The notes beneath the pieces are model-generated. The model was not told the DNA's origin. It was given only the letters and a program-made list of their open reading frames with translations, and made no database searches. From an uncultured bacterium (GTDB lineage: Bacteria > Fidelibacterota > Marinisomatia > Marinisomatales > UBA1611): a stretch of 64,000 nt of DNA. Shown here in pieces: positions 50,581-61,033 of the stretch. Location: the NCBI GenBank assembly GCA_943788175.1, contig CALSPG010000006.1, forward strand, positions 128,001-192,000, written 5' to 3'. Every line of letters starts with the position of its first letter. Position 1 is the stretch's first letter. Both the position numbers and the translations under genes were made by a program.

Positions 50581-52989
50581 ATGGCAGAAGCATTAGATCT
50601 CAACATACCCCTTGGTGAAGGCGGAACAGAATCAGTCGAAAACATTATCAAACCTCTCCTAGAACTCGAAAAGGAGAAGAACAAAATTGATAAAAATGAA
50701 GTTTATACGATTGAAAATTATTATACTGACGACGCCCTAGGCTCAGACGTCTTAAAAAATAAATATCTAGCACCTGGTGAAAAACATCCATATCAAATGT
50801 GGGAAAGACAAGCAAAGGCCTTAGCCGGAGTAGAAAAAACAAACCCCGACAAAGAAAAGTGGGAAGAAAAATTCTACTCAATTCTTGAAGACTTTAGATT
50901 TGTGCCAGGTGGAAGAATTATGCATGGCGCTGGAAGAGAGGACATCACAACCACTTTAAATAACTGTTATGTTGTCGCTGTTAAGGACGATTCAATCAAA
51001 TCAATATATAATACAATTATCGAAGAAGCTTTGACCTATAAATACGGTGGTGGTTGTGGCCATGATTTATCGCTATTGAGACCATCAGGTGCTCCTATTA
51101 ATGGTACTGGGGGGGACTCTTGTGGTCCAACAGGTTTTATGAATCTTTTCAGCGAAAACACAAATACTATTGCACAACATGGTCGAAGAGGTGCAAACAT
51201 GCAAACACTCAGGATTGACCATCCAGACATAGAAAAATTTATCACTATTAAAACTGGTGATATAAACATGGTCAAATATTCTAACATTTCCGTATTGTTA
51301 ACCCATAAATTTATGGACGCTGTTAAGAATGATACTGATTTTGAATTAGTATTTGATGGGCAAGTTTACGAAACAATCAAAGCAACAGATCTCTGGAATA
51401 AAATTATCAGTAGTGCTCATGCAAGTGCTGAACCTGGTTTATTATTTTGGGATACTATGACCGATTATCACAATGCAGAGTACTGCTCGCCACTAGTTTC
51501 TACGAATCCCTGCGCAGAACAACCACTTCCTGATGGCGGATGTTGTAACCTAGGAGCTGTAAATTTGGAACGTTTTGTGGATGAAAATCAAAACTTTATG
51601 GTTGAAGAATTTAAAGAGACTGTTGAAATAGGTACTAGGTTCTTAGACAACGTCGTCGATTATAACTTGGATAGACATGCACTTGAAGATCAGAAAAAAA
51701 ATGCCATGAATGACAGAAGAGTTGGTATGGGCATACTTGGTCTTGGAGATATGCTTGTAAAGATGGGCATTAAATATGATAGTCAAGATGCCATTCAGAC
51801 AATAGACCAAATCATGACGATTTTTAGAGATGCTACGTACGAAACCAGCATAAACCTTGCTAAAGAAAAAGGCCAGTTCCCTCATTTTGATTGGAAAGGA
51901 TATAATAAAAGTAAATTTGTAAAGTCCCTTCCTAAATCATTAAGAGAAAGAATTAAAAATAACGGAATTAGAAATTGCACTCTAACCACAGTTGCTCCTA
52001 CAGGTAGTGGTGCTATAGTTGCAAGAGTAACATCTGGAGTAGAACCAATTTTCGCAACTTCATACAAAAGAATGGTTAAAAAGAACGATGGCGGTTACGG
52101 CAAGGAATTTGATCAATACACAGTATATCACCCAATTATAAAAGAATTATTTGGTACAGATGAAGATTTGCCAGACTATGTTACAACATCTCACAAAATT
52201 GATCCATTCTTTAGGGTAAAAATGCAGGGTACGGTGCAAAAATATATAGATTCTTCTATCTCCTCTACAGTTAATCTAAAAGAAAATACAAGCATAGAAA
52301 CAGTTGCAGATATTTACATGAAAGCCTACGAAAATGGTTTAAAAGGAATTACAGTCTATAGAGAAGGTAGCCGTGAAGGCATTCTAATTACCAATGATGA
52401 CAAAGAGGAAGACAAAAACACTGAAACTAACCTAGGTCAGTCCAAAGAAGTAGAAGGCCAACCACGTATAAGACCTACTCAAACTGCAGGATTAACAAGA
52501 AGAATAAAGACAGGTGAGGGGACTCTTTACATAACTATAAATGAAGATGAGCAAGGTCTATGTGAAGTGTTTACTACCATAGGTAAAGCAGGCGGCAATG
52601 CAGCAGCGCAATCTGAAGCAATAAGTCGACTAATTTCGTTAGCATTAAGATCTGGAGTCAATCCGCAATCAATTGTAAGACAATTAAAAGGTATTTCTGG
52701 TCCGAACCCAACATGGGAAGATGGGAGACTGATACTTTCTACCCCAGATGCAATTGGTAAGGCTCTTGATGATTATTTACATGAAAAAAAACAAAATCCG
52801 CATGATGATGATGGGAAATTATTAATCACGATGGACACAAATAAAGATGAAAAATTAGCAAAAACTATAGATCCAGAAATGATTGCTTCAGCAAAATTAA
52901 TGATGTGCAAAAGTTGTGATAGTAGAAGTGTAGTAAATGAAGGTGGATGTCTGACTTGCCAGAGTTGTGGCTGGTCGAAATGTGACTAA
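50581..52989 (+). CDS. nrdJ: Class II (adenosylcobalamin-dependent) ribonucleotide reductase with TSCPD-like and Zn-ribbon C-terminus
   Basis: NNCYV, RRGANM, TNPCAEQ, CNLG, RRVGMG, APTG, KGITVYREGSR and terminal CxxC..CxxCGWSKC; no beta subunit adjacent. Confidence 0.92.
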   Translation: MAEALDLNIPLGEGGTESVENIIKPLLELEKEKNKIDKNEVYTIENYYTDDALGSDVLKNKYLAPGEKHPYQMWERQAKALAGVEKTNPDKEKWEEKFYSILEDFRFVPGGRIMHGAGREDITTTLNNCYVVAVKDDSIKSIYNTIIEEALTYKYGGGCGHDLSLLRPSGAPINGTGGDSCGPTGFMNLFSENTNTIAQHGRRGANMQTLRIDHPDIEKFITIKTGDINMVKYSNISVLLTHKFMDAVKNDTDFELVFDGQVYETIKATDLWNKIISSAHASAEPGLLFWDTMTDYHNAEYCSPLVSTNPCAEQPLPDGGCCNLGAVNLERFVDENQNFMVEEFKETVEIGTRFLDNVVDYNLDRHALEDQKKNAMNDRRVGMGILGLGDMLVKMGIKYDSQDAIQTIDQIMTIFRDATYETSINLAKEKGQFPHFDWKGYNKSKFVKSLPKSLRERIKNNGIRNCTLTTVAPTGSGAIVARVTSGVEPIFATSYKRMVKKNDGGYGKEFDQYTVYHPIIKELFGTDEDLPDYVTTSHKIDPFFRVKMQGTVQKYIDSSISSTVNLKENTSIETVADIYMKAYENGLKGITVYREGSREGILITNDDKEEDKNTETNLGQSKEVEGQPRIRPTQTAGLTRRIKTGEGTLYITINEDEQGLCEVFTTIGKAGGNAAAQSEAISRLISLALRSGVNPQSIVRQLKGISGPNPTWEDGRLILSTPDAIGKALDDYLHEKKQNPHDDDGKLLITMDTNKDEKLAKTIDPEMIASAKLMMCKSCDSRSVVNEGGCLTCQSCGWSKCD

Positions 52990-53015
52990 TAAATATTAAT
53001 CACTAATGGAAAATA

Positions 53016-53573
53016 CTAAACTTCCATTAGCTCTTTTTCTTTATTTTCTTGATGTAGTTCTAAATCCTTAATGTGGCTATCTGTAATTTCTTGTAAATCT
53101 GTCTCACGACCTTTTATTTCATCCTCACTTTCGTTTTCTTTCTTACCATAGTCATGAATTTTATGAAGGGTATCTCTTCTTATATTACGAATGGCGACTT
53201 TTCCATCTTCTATTATTTTGTGGACAAATTTTATTAATTCTTTTCTACGCTCCTCGGATAATGCAGGAATAGGTATAAGTATAGCATTCCCATTATTCCC
53301 AGGAGTATACCCTAAATTTGCGTCTACAATAGCCTTCTCAATTACAGGAATAAGAGATTTTTCGTAAGCCTGCAACGTGATTAACTTCGGTTCAGGAATG
53401 GAGACAGTTGACACCTGATTAAGAGGAGTAGGAGTACCATAATAATCAATAACGATAGAGTCAAATATTTCAGGGTTAGCTCGCCCAGTTCTTATTTTAT
53501 TTAATTCATTTTGCGTATGGTTAACAGCTGAATCCATACGCGAGATAGCGTCTTGGTGAATATTATCTAACAT
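53016..53573 (-). CDS. frr: Ribosome recycling factor
   Basis: IRTGRANP, YYGTPTPL and AIRNIRRD. Confidence 0.97.
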   Translation of the reverse strand: MLDNIHQDAISRMDSAVNHTQNELNKIRTGRANPEIFDSIVIDYYGTPTPLNQVSTVSIPEPKLITLQAYEKSLIPVIEKAIVDANLGYTPGNNGNAILIPIPALSEERRKELIKFVHKIIEDGKVAIRNIRRDTLHKIHDYGKKENESEDEIKGRETDLQEITDSHIKDLELHQENKEKELMEV

Positions 53574-54289
53574 TATTTGCCTATAGTAGTTCCTATTTTA
53601 CTTCCCATAATTATATCATACAAGCCACCCGACGACTTAATATTGAAAACACGAATTGGAATATTATTTTCATTACATAGTGTAATAGCGGTCATATCCA
53701 TTACACGCAAGTTATCTCGAATAACTTTGTTGTATGTTAAATTTTCATATTTTTTTGCATCAGAATTCTTAATAGGATCCTTATCATAAACACCATCTAC
53801 CTTTGTACCTTTTAAAAGGATTTCTGAACCCAATTCATTTGCCCTTAAGGCAGCTGCAGAATCCGTGGTGAAAAATGGGTTTCCAGTCCCTCCAGCAATA
53901 ATTACAATTCGTCCTTTTTCCATATGCCTGATTGCGCGCCTTCGAATATAGGGTTCCGCTATTTGTGTTACATTAATTGCTGATAGAGCTCTAGTCTCGC
54001 ACCCAACTTTTTCCAATGCATCTTGCAACGCTATAGCATTCATGATCGTCGCTAGCATGCCAAGATAATCACCTGTGACTCTATCCATTCCACCAGCGCT
54101 AGCTTCCAATCCTCTAAAAATATTACCAGCACCAATAATCAAACCAATTTTAACATTGGCATCGTATACAGGTTTTATCTGTTGAGCTAGGTAAAGGACT
54201 TTTTCAGGATCAATACCGAAACCATGCTTATCGGCTAATACTTCACCGCTGAGTTTTAATAAAATTCGACTGAAAGCTGGTTCAGACAT
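53573..54289 (-). CDS. pyrH: UMP kinase
   Basis: RILLKLSGE, GNIFRG and GTGNPFFTTD. Confidence 0.97.
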   Translation of the reverse strand: MSEPAFSRILLKLSGEVLADKHGFGIDPEKVLYLAQQIKPVYDANVKIGLIIGAGNIFRGLEASAGGMDRVTGDYLGMLATIMNAIALQDALEKVGCETRALSAINVTQIAEPYIRRRAIRHMEKGRIVIIAGGTGNPFFTTDSAAALRANELGSEILLKGTKVDGVYDKDPIKNSDAKKYENLTYNKVIRDNLRVMDMTAITLCNENNIPIRVFNIKSSGGLYDIIMGSKIGTTIGK

Positions 54290-54309
54290 TTTTTAAAAAA
54301 AGAAAAAAC

Positions 54310-54918
54310 CTAATTTTGAGGATTTGACTCACCAACTGCAAAACGGGTGAATTGACTGATGGTAATATTTTCACCAAGAGTAGCAATTGTTTCAGTCATT
54401 AAATCAACTACCTTCTTGTCAGAATCTTTTATATATGCCTGTTCCATTAAACAATTTTCTTGATAGAACTTTGAAAGTCTTCCCTCAACCATTTTTTCAA
54501 TAATATTATCCGGTTTTCCCGAAGATTTTGCCTGATCAGTATAAATTTCTTTTTCTTTTTTAATTACATCTGTGGATACAGAATCTTTATCAAGAGATAT
54601 CGGATTCGTAGCCGCTATTTGCATAGCAAGGTTGTGAGCCAATTCAATGAAACCATCTGTCTTAGCTACAAAATCAGTTTCACAATTGACTTCGATCATT
54701 ACACCTAGCCTTCCACCTGCATGAATATATGAATAGACTAGGCCTTCCTTAGTCTCACGCTCACCTTTTTTTTCGGCCTTAGCAGCACCTGATTTTCTGA
54801 GATAGTCAACCGCACTGTCTACATCACCATTAGACTCAGTAAGGGCATTCTTACAATCCATCATTCCAGCACCCGTTTTATCTCTTAATCGCTTTACAGT
54901 TTTAGCATCTATTGCCAT
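54310..54918 (-). CDS. tsf: Elongation factor Ts (short form)
   Basis: TGAGMMDCK and NCETDFV. Confidence 0.97.
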   Translation of the reverse strand: MAIDAKTVKRLRDKTGAGMMDCKNALTESNGDVDSAVDYLRKSGAAKAEKKGERETKEGLVYSYIHAGGRLGVMIEVNCETDFVAKTDGFIELAHNLAMQIAATNPISLDKDSVSTDVIKKEKEIYTDQAKSSGKPDNIIEKMVEGRLSKFYQENCLMEQAYIKDSDKKVVDLMTETIATLGENITISQFTRFAVGESNPQN

Positions 54919-54921
54919 AGA

Positions 54922-55692
54922 TTATTCCTCTTCGCCTTTTGCTTTTACAGGAGCTATAATTTTTGGCGTACTATTAGTAGTTTTATCTGTAGAGTCATCC
55001 TTCTCATCCTTATTCGTACCAGTTATCTCTAAAATTGAATCTGCAATGCAGCCTACAATAAGTTGGATTGTTCTCAAAGAGTCATCATTAGCAGGAATCG
55101 GGAAATCAATTTTATTAGGATCTGTATTGGAATCAACTATTGCTACCGTAGGTATATTCATACTAGTGGCTTCTTTAATAGCGGTCGCTTCGTACTGACT
55201 ATCTACAACGACAACAGCATCTGGCGGTTTTCTCATATCTTTAATACCTCTATGCTGGTCAGAAAGTTTAACTTTCTCCCTATTAAGCATCTGAGTTTCT
55301 TTTTTTGTAAGGTTTTCGTAAAGATTTGAACCCTCTTTTTCCAACATTTTTAGTCTTTTTATACTTTTTTTGATAGTTGTAAAGTTCGTTAGAGATCCAC
55401 CTAGCCATCTTTCAACAATATAAAACATTCCACACCTATCAGCCTCTTGCTGAACAATATCCTTGGCTTGCTTTTTTGTACCTATAAACAATATTTCACC
55501 ATTTTTCTTGACGATACCTTGGAGAAAATTCATAGCTTTATCAAAAGCGGCAATTGTTTCTTCTAAGTTAATGATGTGAACACCATTTTTTTCCATTAAA
55601 ACATATGGTTTATAATTAGGATGCCATTTTCTCGTCACATGACCGAAATGTGCTCCTGTATCAATTAAATCTTCAAATTTTATGAGTGCCAT
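54922..55692 (-). CDS. rpsB: 30S ribosomal protein S2
   Basis: GAHFGH, RWLGG and PIPANDD. Confidence 0.97.
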   Translation of the reverse strand: MALIKFEDLIDTGAHFGHVTRKWHPNYKPYVLMEKNGVHIINLEETIAAFDKAMNFLQGIVKKNGEILFIGTKKQAKDIVQQEADRCGMFYIVERWLGGSLTNFTTIKKSIKRLKMLEKEGSNLYENLTKKETQMLNREKVKLSDQHRGIKDMRKPPDAVVVVDSQYEATAIKEATSMNIPTVAIVDSNTDPNKIDFPIPANDDSLRTIQLIVGCIADSILEITGTNKDEKDDSTDKTTNSTPKIIAPVKAKGEEE

Positions 55693-55702
55693 ATGTTTGT
55701 TC

Positions 55703-56101
55703 TTATCTTTTAGAAAATTGAAACTTTTTTCTCGCGCCAGGTTGCCCAGGCTTTTGTCTCTCTACTTTACGAGAATCTCTTGTTAATAAGCCATTAGACT
55801 TTAAAATTGGCCTATCTTCAGGTGTAGCAGAAATGAGAGCTCGGGAAATACCAAGTCTGATTGCGCCGGCTTGCCCTGAAAGACCCCCACCTTTAACATT
55901 AACAGAAATGTCATATTCTTTATTTTTATCAAGCGCAGCAAGAGGCTGTTTAACCATAGTAGCTAAACTTTCTCTTGGAACATAATTATCAAGAGCGACG
56001 CCATTAATCTCAATGTTTCCCTTACCTGGGGATGTTAAGGTGACTCTCGCTACTGAACTCTTTCTTCTACCTGTTCCATTAAATTTTGATTTTTCTGCCA
56101 T
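55703..56101 (-). CDS. rpsI: 30S ribosomal protein S9
   Basis: [14 protein letters not shown] and QFSKR. Confidence 0.97.
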   Translation of the reverse strand: MAEKSKFNGTGRRKSSVARVTLTSPGKGNIEINGVALDNYVPRESLATMVKQPLAALDKNKEYDISVNVKGGGLSGQAGAIRLGISRALISATPEDRPILKSNGLLTRDSRKVERQKPGQPGARKKFQFSKR

Positions 56102-56102
56102 T

Positions 56103-56531
56103 TTATAACTCTATTGTTTTTGGGGATTGTGCTTCATGAGGATGATTCGTTCCAGTGTAAACCTTAAGATGCGAGAACATTCGCCTACCAAGTTTATTGC
56201 TTGGTAACATACCCTTAACTGCTTTTTCAATTATTCTTTCAGGGTAAGTTCTTCTCATATGAGCAAGACTAGTCGTTTTTACACCACCAACATAGCCAGT
56301 ATGTCTAAAATAAGTTTTTTGTTCCTCTTTATTACCAGTCACAACCACTTTCTCAGCATTAACAACTACGACACAGTCACCATTGTCCATGTGAGGAACA
56401 TAATTGACTTTATGTTTTCCTTTAAGAATTTGAGCAATTTTACTTGCCAATCTACCCAATACTTGCGAATCTGCATCTGCAATCCACCAGTTCTTCTCTA
56501 TTTCTGATATTTTAAGTGTTCTTGTCTTCAT
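56103..56531 (-). CDS. rplM: 50S ribosomal protein L13
   Basis: LGRLAS, GKHK and GMLP; start placed at MKTRT (56531). Confidence 0.96.
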   Translation of the reverse strand: MKTRTLKISEIEKNWWIADADSQVLGRLASKIAQILKGKHKVNYVPHMDNGDCVVVVNAEKVVVTGNKEEQKTYFRHTGYVGGVKTTSLAHMRRTYPERIIEKAVKGMLPSNKLGRRMFSHLKVYTGTNHPHEAQSPKTIEL

Positions 56532-56624
56532 ATTTAAAACATTTAAGCCTGCGAACTTAATTAATTGATTAGTTGATTTCAATCATTATTACAAAGAAAA
56601 TTGAAATATCTTAGTTTTATCAGT

Positions 56625-57929
56625 TTATAAAGTAGTGGCTATCTGCCCACTTGAAATAGTATACTTTACCCGACCTGACAACTCTTGGTTTATAAAAGGA
56701 GAATTTTTTGATTTAGACTCGATATTTTTTTCTTGAAAAGTCCATCGCTCTTCATCGTCAAAAATAACTAATTCTGCCTCTTTGCCTATTTCAAGTAAAT
56801 TATTATCAAATCCCATTATTTTTCTTGGCGAAATTGTAAGTAGCTTAATTATATCAACTAAGCTTAAACCCTCTTCATCAGCAAGTATTTTTTTCACAAC
56901 TCCAAAACAAGACTCCAAGCCAATTAATCCACAAGTGGCTAAATCAAAAGTTGTCTCTTTATCATGTGCGGTATGAGGCGCATGATCTGTAGCGATACAA
57001 TCAATTGTTCCATTTTTTATGCCTTTTATTAACGCTTCTCTAGATAATGGATCTCTAATCGGTGGCGCAACTTTTAAATTCGTATTATAATCTTCAAGGT
57101 ACTCATCATTATAAAATAAATGATGAGGAGTTACCTCAGCAGTAATTTTATCATAAGCATTCTTCATCTCATTAATATATTTAACAGAGTCTGCTGTACT
57201 CACATGCGGAATGTGCAGCCTAGCACCTGTAAGCTCAGCTAATTTTAAATCTCGAAAAACCATAATTGATTCTGCAATACTTGGGTTACCCACTAATCCA
57301 AGCCTTGTCGAGACCCTACCTTCATTCATTAGGCCCTCTGCTCTAAGACACTCATCTTCAGCATGATTAATTATTGGAAGTCCGAACATCTTTGAATACT
57401 CTAATGCCTTCCGCATAACCAAACCATTTTGGACTGGTAAACCATCATCACTAAACGCAACCGCACCGGCTTGATGCATTAGACCCATTTCGCTTAACTC
57501 AACACCATGCTGCCCTTTTGTTACTGATCCTATTGGGTGAATATGAACAGGCAGCGGCTTTGACTTTTCTATTATATAATTTATGGATTCCGGGTTGTCT
57601 ACTGTTGGTTGAGTATTAGGCATTGTACAAACCCTGGTAAAGCCACCGGCTAACGCCGACATAGAACCTGACTCAAGTGTCTCCTTATCCCCATTTCCTG
57701 GATCTCTAAAATGAACATGTAAATCACAAAACCCATGTGTTAAAGTCAGACCACTACAATCTATGGTTGTAATTGCATCGAGGTCTCGGATTCTGCCTAT
57801 TTCTGCTATTTTCCCTTCTACCAATAAAATATCGGCTATTGATTGACTTTCTTTTAGAGGATCAACTACCGTGGCATTTTTTAACAAAACTTTATTATCT
57901 AATTTATTAACCTTCATTTGCACTCTCAT
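56625..57929 (-). CDS. pyrC: Dihydroorotase
   Basis: DLHVHFR, MPNT, EVTPHH and ATDHAPH; follows pyrB. Confidence 0.94.
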   Translation of the reverse strand: MRVQMKVNKLDNKVLLKNATVVDPLKESQSIADILLVEGKIAEIGRIRDLDAITTIDCSGLTLTHGFCDLHVHFRDPGNGDKETLESGSMSALAGGFTRVCTMPNTQPTVDNPESINYIIEKSKPLPVHIHPIGSVTKGQHGVELSEMGLMHQAGAVAFSDDGLPVQNGLVMRKALEYSKMFGLPIINHAEDECLRAEGLMNEGRVSTRLGLVGNPSIAESIMVFRDLKLAELTGARLHIPHVSTADSVKYINEMKNAYDKITAEVTPHHLFYNDEYLEDYNTNLKVAPPIRDPLSREALIKGIKNGTIDCIATDHAPHTAHDKETTFDLATCGLIGLESCFGVVKKILADEEGLSLVDIIKLLTISPRKIMGFDNNLLEIGKEAELVIFDDEERWTFQEKNIESKSKNSPFINQELSGRVKYTISSGQIATTL

Positions 57930-58845
57930 CTTTAACCCCTAAAAGCAAATATAGAATTGACATTCTTGAGGCTACACCATTAAGAACTTGATCTAATATT
58001 ATTGCTTGGTCACTATCTGCAACTTCACTATCGATTTCAACACCTCTATTCATTGGACCAGGATGCATAATTGCTAATTCTTTTTTTCTTCGATTAATTC
58101 TTTCAGAAGTAACACCAAACAATCTTCGGTATTCTCTATTTGATGGAACAAGTCCTATACCCATCCTTTCTCTTTGAATTCTAAGAATATTTACAGCATC
58201 TGCCCACTCGATAACTTCGTCAATATCATAATTTACTTTTACTCCAAGATCACTAATATTTTCAGGAATTAAATTAGCCGGACCACAAACCGTCACATTT
58301 GCCCCCATTGAAATAAGACCATACATATTACTTCTTGCTACTCTACTATGATTAATATCTCCAATAATTGCAATGTTAAGATCTTTTATTTTACCAAATT
58401 TTTCTTGAATGCTCATCATGTCTAAGATTGCTTGAGTGGGGTGCTCGTGAGTGCCATCGCCAGCATTTACAACTTTCGCATCTATAAATTCAGTAAGATG
58501 TTTAGAAGACCCTGGAGCAGGGTGTCTCATAACTACAGCATCTATTTTCATAGCTTCAATATTTTGTGCAGTATCTTTAAAACTTTCACCTTTTTTTAAA
58601 CTACTTGTTGAGGCTGAGAAGTTGACAGTATCCGCACTCAACCTCTTTTGGGCAAGTTCAAAGCTTATTCTTGTTCGTGTTGAATTTTCAAAAAATAAAT
58701 TAACAATCGTCACTCCCTGGAGTGATGGTACTTTTTTTATGGGCCGGTTTAGCACCTCTTTAAATTCGAATGCAGTATCAATTATTTTTTGAATATCTTC
58801 TCTTGGAAAATTTTCTAAACCTAAAAAGTGCTTATGGTCAAACAT
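57907..58845 (-). CDS. pyrB: Aspartate carbamoyltransferase
   Basis: FENSTRT, HPTQ, RIQRER and HPGP. Confidence 0.96.
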   Translation of the reverse strand: MFDHKHFLGLENFPREDIQKIIDTAFEFKEVLNRPIKKVPSLQGVTIVNLFFENSTRTRISFELAQKRLSADTVNFSASTSSLKKGESFKDTAQNIEAMKIDAVVMRHPAPGSSKHLTEFIDAKVVNAGDGTHEHPTQAILDMMSIQEKFGKIKDLNIAIIGDINHSRVARSNMYGLISMGANVTVCGPANLIPENISDLGVKVNYDIDEVIEWADAVNILRIQRERMGIGLVPSNREYRRLFGVTSERINRRKKELAIMHPGPMNRGVEIDSEVADSDQAIILDQVLNGVASRMSILYLLLGVKDESANEG

Positions 58846-59387
58846 TATCCATCTCCAAATATTAAAAATACACCTTCATCGTTGTCTGACTCTTTTAATT
58901 TAACTTCTACATGTTCACCATCATTAGTGGGAATATTTTTACCCACAAAGTCAGCTCTAATAGGAACCTCTCTATGCCCTCTATCAATAAGCACGGCTAA
59001 GGCAACAATTGAAGGACGGCCAAAACTGTTGATTTCGTCAAGTGCTGCTCTAACTGTTCGGCCAGAGAAGAGAACATCATCAACTAGAACTACAATTTTC
59101 TCATCTAAATTAAAATTTATATCTGTGCCTTTGATTTCTGGCATAGTGAGTCGCTCTCTAAAATCATCTCTATGAAATGTAATATCTAAGGAACCCATAG
59201 GTACATCAATATCTGTAAGATTCTTCATAAACTTTTTTAATCTTTGAGCAATAGGAACACCTCTATTATGAATACCCAGAAGTACTATCCTAGATATATC
59301 ACTATAGTTTTCAACAATTTCATGTCCTATACGTATTATTTTTCTAGAAATATCACTAGATGTTAATATTTGTTTATTTTTGTTCAT
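58845..59387 (-). CDS. pyrR: Pyrimidine operon regulator / uracil phosphoribosyltransferase PyrR
   Basis: LDITFHRDD, VDDVLFSGRT, DRGHRE and PIRADFVGK. Confidence 0.95.
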   Translation of the reverse strand: MNKNKQILTSSDISRKIIRIGHEIVENYSDISRIVLLGIHNRGVPIAQRLKKFMKNLTDIDVPMGSLDITFHRDDFRERLTMPEIKGTDINFNLDEKIVVLVDDVLFSGRTVRAALDEINSFGRPSIVALAVLIDRGHREVPIRADFVGKNIPTNDGEHVEVKLKESDNDEGVFLIFGDG

Positions 59388-59437
59388 TACTTAAAAAAAT
59401 TACAAAGTCAAGGAGAGCATAAAACGAATTTGAATTT

Positions 59438-59468
59438 CCTTTTTAGTCTCTCTGTACTATTTTAAAGG
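59438..59468 (-). promoter_or_regulatory. PyrR-binding RNA element in the pyrR leader
   Basis: Minus strand CCTTTAAAATAGTACAGAGAGACTAAAAAGG resembles the CUUUAA...AGUCCNGNGAGGCU..AAGG binding loop. Confidence 0.75.
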
Positions 59469-59523
59469 TATTATTCTTGATAAATGTTACAAAAAAAACG
59501 AATACCAAAAAACTATAAATGAA

Positions 59524-60462
59524 TTAATCAATGTAACTGCTTCTGTATATGTCACTAATATGTAAACCAAGCTCTTTTAAATCTAAGTTTGTAGTATCAA
59601 CCGTAAGGTTTACACATTCTTTTTTGAACCATTGATTTTGCTTCCTAGCATACTGCCAAGTTTTATTAACGATGATATCAAACAATTCATTTTTATCTAT
59701 TTTCCCCTCTAAATAATCTGAAATTTGTTTATAACCAATTGAGTTGAGAGCTGGGAATGGAATATTTTTTTTATTCTTTAGAGCAATCAAGTTTTCAACT
59801 TCTTTTATCCATCCATTGTCTAGCATTTTTAATGCCCTGTCTTTAATGATTTTTCTGTGATCATCCCTTTTTAAAACCAAAAAAACAGTAAACAAATCTA
59901 GCTTTTTGGATTGATTCATTTTTTGATTGTCAAAGTGCTTTGTGGGAGGAATTCTACTAATTTGATATATTTCGAGTGCTCGAACTAATCGTTTTTTATT
60001 ATTTATGTGAACAATTTTGGAATATACTGGATCAATTTTTTTTAATTTTTCGTATAAAAATTCGGGATTGTCATCATACTCTTTTTCTAAATTTGATCTT
60101 ATCAAACTATTCGAGCAACTTTTATCAAAAATACCGCGCGTTATTGCACGGTAATATAGGCCTGCTCCTCCGATAATAATCGGAGTAAACCCGCCATCAA
60201 TAACATCCTTTACTTTTGATAAAACCATATCAGAATATTTACCAGCAGATACGATTTCATTAGGATCCTTGATGCCAATAAGGTGATGTTTAATTGACAT
60301 CATCTCATCTTTACTGGGCTGAGCTGTCCCAATTGGCATTTTCTTATATATTTGCCTAGAATCGAGTCCAATTATTTGACCATTTATATCTTTTGCTATT
60401 CTGATACCCAGCTCAGTTTTACCAATAGCAGTTGGTCCAATTATAGTTAATATTTTTTTCAA
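59524..60462 (-). CDS. miaA: tRNA dimethylallyltransferase
   Basis: GPTAIGKT, DSRQIY, SIGYKQ and YARKQ. Confidence 0.95.
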   Translation of the reverse strand: MKKILTIIGPTAIGKTELGIRIAKDINGQIIGLDSRQIYKKMPIGTAQPSKDEMMSIKHHLIGIKDPNEIVSAGKYSDMVLSKVKDVIDGGFTPIIIGGAGLYYRAITRGIFDKSCSNSLIRSNLEKEYDDNPEFLYEKLKKIDPVYSKIVHINNKKRLVRALEIYQISRIPPTKHFDNQKMNQSKKLDLFTVFLVLKRDDHRKIIKDRALKMLDNGWIKEVENLIALKNKKNIPFPALNSIGYKQISDYLEGKIDKNELFDIIVNKTWQYARKQNQWFKKECVNLTVDTTNLDLKELGLHISDIYRSSYID

Positions 60463-60538
60463 TTAATTAATTGCTATTTTTACAAAAAAGTTAAATCAAT
60501 GTACAAACCTTGCATTAAAATATGCATAAATTTTATTA

Positions 60539-61033
60539 ATGGGTAAGCGTAGTATTATAATTTTTCGTCACGGTAAATCTGATTGGGACGCAACATATAG
60601 CAAAGATCATGATAGACCATTATCTTCTAGAGGAATAGAAGCATCAAAAAAAATGGGCCGTTTTTTGAAAGACATAAAGACGATACCTGATATTATTATT
60701 TCATCAACTGCGGTGAGGACAAAAACGACTGCAGAGCTTGCAATTAAGTATGGAGGTTGGTCATCACATTTTATTACGGATAACAGAATTTATGGCTGTT
60801 CTTCAAATTTCTTATTAGAACTTACTCATCTTTTAGATGACTCAAATAGTACAGCTTGTTTTGTTGGTCATGAACCTACATGCTCAAGCTTTATTTCGTT
60901 GTGCACTTTTCAAAGCGAGAAATTTAAAACAGCAAGCATGGCAAAAATTGATTTTAATTGTGATACTTGGGAAGAAGTTAAATTCGGAAAAGGAAACCTT
61001 GACTGGATAAAATCTCCTAAGGATATATCTTAA
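60539..61033 (+). CDS. Histidine phosphatase, SixA-like
   Basis: RHGKS, DHDRPL and VGHEP. Confidence 0.88.
   Translation: MGKRSIIIFRHGKSDWDATYSKDHDRPLSSRGIEASKKMGRFLKDIKTIPDIIISSTAVRTKTTAELAIKYGGWSSHFITDNRIYGCSSNFLLELTHLLDDSNSTACFVGHEPTCSSFISLCTFQSEKFKTASMAKIDFNCDTWEEVKFGKGNLDWIKSPKDIS

Noticed and set aside
54310-54918. Truncated EF-Ts
   Set aside because: Short EF-Ts of about 200 aa is an established natural form.
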